Shown: in pieces, positions 1-6,579 of the stretch
How positions within the stretch are numbered: the first letter of the stretch is position 1
Layout: every line of letters begins with the position of its first letter
Origin: Octopus sinensis
Lineage: Eukaryota
Reading direction: 5' to 3'
Length of the DNA stretch: 6,986 nucleotides
Assembly (NCBI RefSeq): GCF_006345805.1
Contig: NW_021829071.1
Coordinates: forward strand, 1 to 6,986
The notes under the pieces: model-generated
Seen by the model: only the letters and a program-made list of their open reading frames with translations
The model's database searches: none
What the model was told of the DNA's origin: nothing
Translations under genes and position numbers: made by a program

Positions 1-202
1 ACGATGACGACGATGACGTGATGATGATGATGATTAATGGACAACGATGACGATCATGATCATAATGTGATGATGATGATGATGATGACGATCACGTCGA
101 CGACGACGACGACAGCTATGATGATGACAAAGACGATGACGATCATGTCTATCATGATGCTATGATGATGATGAGATGATGATGATTATCATTATGATGA
201 TG
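1..202. repeat. Imperfect (GAT/GAC)n trinucleotide microsatellite
   Basis: Runs of GAT and GAC with frame-shifting interruptions; it may continue upstream of the window. Confidence 0.9.
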
Positions 203-220
203 TACGTAATGTGTCTACAT

Positions 221-255
221 ATATGCATGTATGTATGTATGTAATGCATGTATGT
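221..255. repeat. Short imperfect (ATGT)n microsatellite
   Basis: atatgcatgtatgtatgtatgtaatgcatgtatgt. Confidence 0.7.
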
Positions 256-399
256 AATCAATTAATAGTTTGCCTGTATTTAATTTGTATATATTATTGC
301 ATAAATACTTCTCCTTCCGGTTATTTACCATAATGTATTCTCAAACACTCATCCAAAATCGTTTATCATATGCGGGGCTTTTCACATGCACGTTTATAA

Positions 400-427
400 A
401 TATATATATATAGTATATATATATATA

Positions 428-458
<31 letters not shown>

Positions 459-549
459 CTTATTACGTTATATATATACACATACATACATACATACATA
501 CATACATACATACATACTACATACATACATACATACATACTTACATATA
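400..549. repeat. Compound (TA)n / (CATA)n microsatellite
   Basis: (TA)n at about 400-458 and (CATA)n at about 479-540, directly abutting the SINE head at 550. Confidence 0.9.
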
Positions 550-960
550 GGCGCAGCAGTGGCTGTGTGGTAAGTATCTTGCTAACCAACCACTGGGTTA
601 CGGGTTCAGTCCTACCGCGTGGCACCTTGGACAAGTGTCTTCTACCATAGCCTCAGGCCGACCAAAGCCTTGTGAGTGGATTTGGTAGACGGAACTAAAA
701 GAAGCCATCGTATATATATATTATATAATATATATATATATATATATATAGGAATATAAACACACATATACATATATATATACTATATATATATATATAT
801 ATATATCTTATATATATATTATTATATATATATATGTTCGTGTGTGTATAAATAATGTTTGTGTCTGTGTCTGTCCCCCACTATCGCTTGACAACCGATG
901 TTGCTGTGTTTACGTCCCCGTAATATAGCGGTTCGGCTCAAGAGACCGATAGAATAAGTA
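550..960 (+). mobile_element. tRNA-derived SINE with CORE-like domain and internal microsatellite, apparently 3'-truncated
   Basis: A-box-like TGGCTGTGTGG at 560-570, B-box-like GGTTCAGTCC at 603-612 and CORE-like GGCACCTTGGACAAGTGTCTT at 621-641. Complex sequence stops at 710 and resumes at about 857-960, ending in GATAGAATAAGTA, a module also seen in other SINE units here. Family recognition is from memory. Confidence 0.8.
711..850. repeat. (TA)n/(TG)n microsatellite embedded inside the SINE
   Basis: Imperfect TA run with CA/TG variants between the two complex SINE segments. Confidence 0.9.
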
Positions 961-1050
961 TATATATATATATATATATATACATGTGTAAATCCATATA
1001 TATACTTACATATATATTAATACTTACATACGCACGCATGCACACACAGG
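961..1050. repeat. (TA)n run grading into a TACA/CA-rich low-complexity tract
   Basis: Pure (TA)n at 961-982, followed by degenerate TACA/CA repeats. Confidence 0.7.
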
Positions 1051-1360
1051 CACACACGCGCGAGGGCACTCCAGTTTTTGTATATACGTAAACAGAACTG
1101 GAGAGCATGTGCGCGTGAAAATGAGTGTATGTGAAAGAAAAAGAGAGGGGGGAAGGGAGGAGAGAGGTGCTGATAGTACTTTGGAATACCATAAGTATAG
1201 AGTAAATTCCAAACACAGCTAACTGGCTCCGACTTACGTCCAGCCATGCATGAATATATATAAGACATCAGCTGGGAAATACGGACACATGTAAATTATA
1301 AGATTCCACCCACTGAATATTCATGAGATGCAAAATATATGCCCCCTACCCCACGCCCCA

Positions 1361-1460
1361 CAAACACACACACATGCACCCACTTCCTTACAAACAGACA
1401 CTCACACACACATACACTGACATGCGCATACACGCATACACACGCACACACACATACCTA
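1361..1460. repeat. Degenerate (CA)n-rich tract
   Basis: Multiple cacacaca/catacac runs. Confidence 0.7.
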
Positions 1461-1560
1461 TATTTGTTTGTAGACTTACATATGTGTATATTTACATATT
1501 TATAGAAATATTCATATATTATTATATCTACCTTTGGTCATCCCGAGGCTATATTCCATA

Positions 1561-1576
1561 CACATACACTCACACA

Positions 1577-1613
<37 letters not shown>

Positions 1614-1630
1614 CGTGTATATATATATAT
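1561..1630. repeat. Compound (CA)n(CT)n(CA)n(TA)n microsatellite
   Basis: (CT)n at about 1577-1596, (CA)n at about 1597-1612, then a short TA run. Confidence 0.85.
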
Positions 1631-1699
1631 AACAAAATAATAAATAAAAGATATGCATATATACATACATATATGTACGTACCTACATCTAATATGTAT

Positions 1700-1993
1700 A
1701 TCACCGTGATCACCGTGACCGACCAGGCTATCAGACGTTGCTATACATCGCTGGTCACAATGCGCTTCAAATGACGCCACCCCGCTAGCTAAGCGAGCAG
1801 GCCAACAGAAGAAAGAGTGAGAGAAAGTTGCAGCGAAAGAGTACAGCAGGGATCGCCACCATCCCCTGCCGGAGCCTCGTGGAGCTTTAGGTGTTTTCGC
1901 TCAATAAACACTCACAACGCCCGGTCTGGAAATCGAAACCGCGATCCTACAACCGCGAGTCCGCTGCCCTAACCACTGGGCCATTGCACCTCC
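1700..1993 (-). mobile_element. Near full-length tRNA-derived SINE on the minus strand with CORE-like hairpin and tandem-repeat tail
   Basis: The minus strand begins GGAGGTGCAATGGCCCAGTGGTTAGGGCAGCGG. It has a perfect A box TGGCCCAGTGG (1973-1983), a B-box-like GGTTTCGATTTCC (1928-1940), a CORE-like GTGTTT-ATTGAGCGA-AAACAC (1891-1911) and ends in (CACGGTGAT)x2 (1700-1717). Confidence 0.85.
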
Positions 1994-2200
1994 ACCTATA
2001 TGTATATATTCATGCATATATGGGTACAGGACACCAAAAAAAGAAACGTCGGACACAATGAGAAACAAAAGCATAAACACAAAACCAAGGAAATGGACAT
2101 TTTTCTTAAACAACGAAAAAAAACAGAGTACAAGACATGCAACACAAGGAACATTCCCCTTCTTCAGCCGTCTCTGTTTCATCTAATCCTCGTTTCGAAA

Positions 2201-2256
2201 CGGTTCGGCCAAAAAAACCGATAGAATAAGTACCAAGCTTATAGAAAATAAGTTCC
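2201..2256 (+). mobile_element. Fragment of the 3' part of the SINE family seen at 550-960
   Basis: 2201-2232 matches 929-960 at 28/32 positions, then continues with complex sequence (CCAAGCTTATAGAAAATAAGTTCC). Confidence 0.6.
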
Positions 2257-2442
2257 AACAAAGTTCCATCTTAGATAACAAAAACAACGTCACATTTTAA
2301 ACCTGGGGAAAAGTCTTGACATAGTTTTATTGTTCCGCTTACAGATTATATTTTTAATGTGCGAATCAGTTGGTAGATTTTCTTTTGAAAATCCAAGCTT
2401 GTCCAGACTGACAGTTTCTTCGAAATCCAAGTGTTCCAATTA

Positions 2443-2838
2443 TCTTTATATACAAAAGTCAAGTTGTGTGTCTGTCTCCTACGATTTAGATTCCTAACTA
2501 CTCCCACATTTTGGGGTGCAGTGTAACCAAAATCGGGTATCTTATAGTTGTGATTCATATCGAGCCCTTCTGAGTATTAGCGTGCGTCTACGATGAGTCT
2601 ACGATTTTAAAAATAATTTACCATCATTTTTTTCCATTTTAATGCATTTTTCGCTATTATATAAGGGAAGTAACTCTCTAAAAATGTCTACGATGAGTCT
2701 ACGATTTAAAAAAAATTTACCATAATTTTTTTTCCATTTATAATGCATTTTTTTGCTATTTTTTGGCTATAACTCTCTAAAAATGCTTATATAGTTATTT
2801 CCCTTACAAACCCGAGCAACGCCGGGCGATACTGCTAG
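2443..2838 (+). mobile_element. Non-autonomous Helitron (rolling-circle transposon), 396 bp, both termini present
   Basis: 5' A|TCTTTATATACAAAAG; 3' GC-rich hairpin CCCG-AGCAACGC-CGGG (2811-2826) followed 8 nt later by CTAG|T (2835-2838). It sits between A and T with no TSD, which is the established Helitron signature. Confidence 0.75.
2586..2784 (+). repeat. Two-copy tandem duplication (100 bp + 99 bp) inside the Helitron
   Basis: Both copies (2586-2685 and 2686-2784) start GTCTACGATGAGTCTACGATTT and end TAACTCTCTAAAAAT. Confidence 0.95.
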
Positions 2839-3111
2839 TTATAGATATAATGTAAATTTGTAATCCAGATATAGAAGTTGGAGGTTTCGAAGCAGCTGTC
2901 CATAGTTATCCTTCGTCTTTATTTCCTAAGAGACATTCACATCAGCAGGACAGCTGACCCCTAGGACGGTACATCCTTTTTTATTTGTCTGTCCCAAACA
3001 ACAATATGCGGCCCATTATGCTTACACTTGAAAGTTGTTTTGAAGCGAATGTCCCACAATTATTCCTTGTGCTGGCATTCGTGTACGTATTCAATAACAG
3101 GGGGGATTCTC

Positions 3112-3280
3112 TATGTATGTATGCATGTATGTATGTATGTAGGAATGTATGTATGTATGCATGTATGTAAATATGTATGTATGTGAGTGTGTATGTATGT
3201 ATGTGAGTGTGTGTGTATGTATGCATGTATGTATGTATGTATGTATGTATGTATGTGTGTATGTATGTATGTATGTATGT
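3112..3280. repeat. (TATG)n microsatellite with TG variants
   Basis: Long TATG run; it generates the spurious ORFs at 2981-3393. Confidence 0.95.
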
Positions 3281-3448
3281 GAGAATTTCCAAAAAAAAAC
3301 AAGAAAACAGAAGACGAAGTCGGGTGTGTAAATAATAAGCAGATGTATTAGTTTAACGCTTGGGAAGTAAGAAAGGAACACAGAAATAAACAAGGAGAAA
3401 AAATAGAAAAAGGTTTAGTGGCTAGCGATCTATCATGTATATATAAAT

Positions 3449-3495
3449 ATGGATGGATAGATGGATCGATCGATGAATGGTTGGATGAATGGATG
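3449..3495. repeat. Degenerate (GATG)n microsatellite
   Basis: atggatggatagatggatcgatcgatgaatggttggatgaatggatg. Confidence 0.7.
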
Positions 3496-3914
3496 CGATA
3501 CGGTTCTGTACAGTCTGTGTATGCCTAATGCAGCTTACAAACTATGCTAGGAGATAGTTGCCCATGATGTCCATCAACCTTCAGATTCCATAAAGCAGAT
3601 ACAAATACCATAAGCCAACAAGTTCTCAATATGGTCTTTCGACATGTTTGAAAAAGAAGGGCCAAATTACCCTCAAATCCACTCCCACCCCTAATAACTT
3701 GAAAATGTGTTCATTAGATGGTTTAGTCTTTGATATACAGGCAACGAGTGAAGGAAGTGGATAGTCACGATAGGAATGTCTTTGGGCATAAGTAAGCTCA
3801 GACAAGATCGACCAGGGGTTTTAATAATAACAACAGAATACTTGATTCAGTTTTTATCTGTTCTTGTTTAAAAAATGTTTCAACTTGTAGAATTTGCGAT
3901 AAAGAAGTAGATCA

Positions 3915-3983
3915 GTAGAATTGGTAGAGCGACGGACAAATAAATTTTTTTTTCTATGCGTTTCCGAGTTCAAATTCCGTGAG
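3915..3983 (+). mobile_element. Decayed 5' SINE fragment of the family seen at 5393-5630 and 6223-6742
   Basis: GAGTTCAAATTCCG at 3966-3979 is identical to 5508-5521 and 6252-6265, and is preceded by an A-box-like TAGAATTGGTAGAGC. Confidence 0.5.
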
Positions 3984-4397
3984 CGAAAACTATGATTCAT
4001 AGGCGGATAAGGCTAAGCTAAACTATTTCCAGTCGTATGTTTTATCCGATAACGCTGAACGCTATTATATGTCTAATTACGCGAAACCATAGTCCTGCAT
4101 GTGTTTGTATATGTGGGTATGCATCTGAGTATGAGGAGATAAACACGAAGACACATATGCGTACATACAAACATATATAGATATACAAGGGATTTGATAA
4201 ACTAGTCCATAAACTAAAACTGACTCCATAAAGACAAAAAATCAGTGACAGGCAGAGTCTTCTTGATAATTTTCGTAACTTCTATGCTGAAGTAGAGACA
4301 ACATGCTCTTTGCCTATCTCCTTAACTTCTTGGAGATTTTAGGTATAATTACACTAATGTGTCCATCTGTTCTAATTTAATTAAATTCTATGGCTTT

Positions 4398-4484
4398 GTG
4401 CAGCTGAAGATTGCCCTGCATTTTAAAGTGATGTAATGATTGCATTGTTCAATTATGGAGTTGCATGAAACGATCATACTTCAT
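4398..4484 (+). ncRNA. Candidate type I minimal hammerhead ribozyme (degenerate; Penelope-like element or retrozyme type)
   Basis: CTGAAGA (4404-4410) ... GAAA (4467-4470) ... U4477, A4478. Stem I GTGCAG/CTTCAT pairs at 5 of 6 positions. Stem III ACGATCAT is one change from the palindrome ACGATCGT. Stem II is imperfect (TGC/GCA, then CTGCAT/ATGGAG). Confidence 0.55.
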
Positions 4485-4513
4485 TACCTCTGAATATCCT
4501 TGTTGCTATTTTG

Positions 4514-4562
4514 ATATATATATATATATATTATTATATATAATATATATATAATATATATA
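4514..4562. repeat. Imperfect (AT)n microsatellite
   Basis: Direct reading. Confidence 0.9.
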
Positions 4563-4586
4563 CATAGACATACATACTATAATTAT

Positions 4587-4622
4587 TCACGTGACCGGAA
4601 GAGCGAATAATTTCCCGCCAAA
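4587..4622. promoter_or_regulatory. Putative cis-regulatory cluster: E-box TCACGTGA, ETS-like ACCGGAAG, E2F TTTCCCGCCAAA
   Basis: Three canonical CpG-containing metazoan motifs within 36 bp of an AT-rich window. Motif match only, with no functional evidence. Confidence 0.4.
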
Positions 4623-4681
4623 TTTTACATGTGCTTGGAACGAAGTTCTAGGTGCGCGAGTCAATTTTCTGCTTCCAAGCT

Positions 4682-4684
<3 letters not shown>

Positions 4685-4756
<72 letters not shown>
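4685..4756. repeat. Perfect (GT)36 microsatellite
   Basis: 72 uninterrupted nt of GT. Confidence 0.98.
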
Positions 4757-4759
<3 letters not shown>

Positions 4760-5323
4760 TGCAGTTTTTTTATTGAAACTATATACGTATATATGAATGT
4801 ATGTGTGCTAAACCACACATCTATACATTAGTCTACATTAGACTATTTACTGTTCTCTCCCAAAAATGCCTGGAGCCAATCATAGAAACTGTTAGAAATA
4901 GCAGCCAACTCTTCCTCAAATCACACTTTATCGTCTTAGATATAGTAGTACATTTTATTACAGTATTTTCTGTCCGGGGTTTCCCCCGAAAAGTCTAATT
5001 TTCCACGCCAGTGGTTCCGCCAGAAATAGGAATAAATATGCTAATTATATGTAAATGCGTTTTGGTCTTTAGTTATGTTTATTTGTATATTTGTAATATT
5101 ATTGGAAATACTAATATCTGTAGGTAATAAGGAGAAATTATAGGGGAACAAGACCTCTTAATAAGGAATTGTATAAGAATTTGATCGAAAGAAAATCTTC
5201 ATTTGTAGGAAATTTCTTAATCCCTCTTTCTAGCATCTAATGGATTTAGCACTGCCAAATCTTTCGAAGAAGTTTTAATCCTTGCTTAATTTCTTATAAA
5301 CTTTATGAAAGAGAAAGATTGAC

Positions 5324-5328
5324 AGAGG

Positions 5329-5372
<44 letters not shown>
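5324..5372. repeat. (AG)n microsatellite
   Basis: AG run with minor interruptions. Confidence 0.95.
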
Positions 5373-5376
<4 letters not shown>

Positions 5377-5392
5377 TAATTTTTATGTAGGT

Positions 5393-5630
5393 TGTGAAAG
5401 ATCGTGGCGTAGTGGTTAGGGTCATTGGCTCACAATCGCTAGCTCGAGAGTTTGAACCGAACGGTTAGTTGAAAACGCCGTTCATTTTTCGTTGGTCTTT
5501 ACTTTCTGAGTTCAAATTCCGCCGACAATGACTTTACCTTTTATCCCTTCGGAGTTGATAAAATAAGTACCAGTCAAATACTGGGGTCGATGTAATCGAC
5601 TTAGCCCACTCCTCCTTGAAATTTGTAACC
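5393..5630 (+). mobile_element. Composite tRNA-derived SINE bounded by a perfect 15-bp direct repeat (TSD)
   Basis: AATTTTTATGTAGGT occurs at 5378-5392 and 5631-5645. The head TGTGAAAGATCGTGGCGTAGTGGTTAGGG resembles 5778 onward, and the body at about 5490-5600 resembles the units at 6223 onward. Confidence 0.75.
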
Positions 5631-5777
5631 AATTTTTATGTAGGTGTGCCATATGATACAGAATATATTTCAAGGATTATCCTTGAAGCAACAGAGTGTG
5701 GGAAACGCTACTTAAGTACCAATTGGTACCTATTGGTATAGGGTAATACATAGTAATCTAGTTAATATAGTACATAG

Positions 5778-6101
5778 TGTGAAGGTGCGTGGCTTAGTGG
5801 TTCGGGCATTCGGCTCATAATCGTAAGATAGTGAGTTCAATTCCCGGCAACGCGTTGTGTCCTTGAGCAAGACACTTTATTTCCTGTTGCTCCAGTCTAT
5901 TCAGCTGGCAAAAATGAGTAGTACCTGTATTTCAAAGGGTCAGCCCTGTCATACTCTGTGTCACGCTGAATCTCCCTGAGAACTACGTTAAGGGTACACG
6001 TGTCTGTAAAGTGCTCGGCCACTTGCACGTTAATTTCACGAGCAAGCTGTTCCCTTGATCGTATCAGCTGGGACCCTCGTCGTCGTAACCGAGTGTACCT
6101 T
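5778..6101 (+). mobile_element. Near full-length tRNA-derived CORE-type SINE
   Basis: A box TGGCTTAGTGG (5790-5800), B box AGTTCAATTCC (5834-5844) and CORE-like GTGTCCTTGAGCAAGACACTT (5857-5877). Possible decayed TSD: TAGTACATAG (5768-5777) and TAGTACGCAG (6102-6111), 8/10. Confidence 0.85.
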
Positions 6102-6222
6102 TAGTACGCAGTAAGGTAACTTAATAGATAGTCTTATAGTTTAATTACATGGTGTTAGTTTAATCCACACGGCGTAGATTAGTATACAATGGTATCATTC
6201 CGAACATACAAGAATAATTGAA

Positions 6223-6410
6223 TAGCGGTATTTCGTCTGCTGCTACGCTCTGAGTTCAAATTCCGCTGAGGTCGACTTTGCCTTTCATCCTCTTCGGGGT
6301 CGATTAAATAAGTACCAGTTACGCACTGGGGTCGATATAATCGACTTAATCCGTTTGTCTGTCCTTGTTTGTCCCCTCTGTGTTTAACCGCTTATGTGTA
6401 GTAAAGAAAC
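6223..6410 (+). mobile_element. 5'-truncated SINE unit 1 (B box plus Meta/MESC-like central domain)
   Basis: GCGGTATTTCGTCTG...GAGTTCAAATTCCGC...CCTTTCATCC...GGGGTCGAT..AATAAGTACCAGT..ACTGGGGTCGAT..ATCGAC, homologous to the two following units and to 5490-5600. Confidence 0.8.
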
Positions 6411-6579
6411 AGGTATTTCGTCTGTCTTTATGTTCTGAGATCAAATTCCGCTGAGACCGACTTTGCTTTTCATCTTTTCGAGGTCAATAAATTAAGTACC
6501 AGTTGAATACTGGGGTCGATCAAATCGACTGGCCCCCTGCCCCAAAATTTCGGGCCTTGTGCCTAGAACAGAAAACAAT
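6411..6579 (+). mobile_element. 5'-truncated SINE unit 2, head-to-tail with unit 1
   Basis: Restarts at AGGTATTTCGTCTG with the same central domain but a different tail (GGCCTTGTGCCTAGAACAGAAA). Confidence 0.8.

Noticed and set aside
1-202. Poly-Asp/Met coding region
   Set aside because: Frequent frame-shifting interruptions and TGA stops; it behaves as a microsatellite.
341-1780. ORFs of 60-97 aa in the supplied track
   Set aside because: They are dominated by YI/CM/TH dipeptide translations of microsatellites, partly running into SINE sequence, with no recognisable domain.
2320-2442. Acceptor-like TTGTTCCGCTTACAG|A at 2344 with a short open frame
   Set aside because: No convincing donor and an unrecognisable peptide, which stops soon afterwards with or without the Helitron.
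1901-2558. ORFs 1901-2182, 2000-2224 and 2346-2558
   Set aside because: They cross repeat boundaries (SINE head, A-rich tract, Helitron 5' end) and show no recognisable protein motif.
2893-2956. 9-bp inverted repeat CAGCTGTCC / GGACAGCTG
   Set aside because: It does not extend, the 46-nt spacer is unpaired, and it is compatible with chance.
2981-3393. Overlapping ORFs of 60-103 aa
   Set aside because: All are products of the (TATG)n repeat.
3281-3437. A-rich segment that I recall resembling a dispersed octopus repeat
   Set aside because: There is no second copy or diagnostic motif in this window, so it cannot be supported without a search.
4801-4998. 65-aa ORF and two small hairpins (ATGTGTG/CACACAT 4801-4820; TAGTCTA/TAGACTA 4829-4845)
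   Set aside because: The ORF is short with no recognisable motif, and 7-bp AT-rich stems next to microsatellites are expected by chance.
5778-5850. Genuine tRNA gene (also considered for 550-615 and 1925-1993)
   Set aside because: A and B boxes are present, but I found no acceptor-stem closure and each runs straight into a SINE body.
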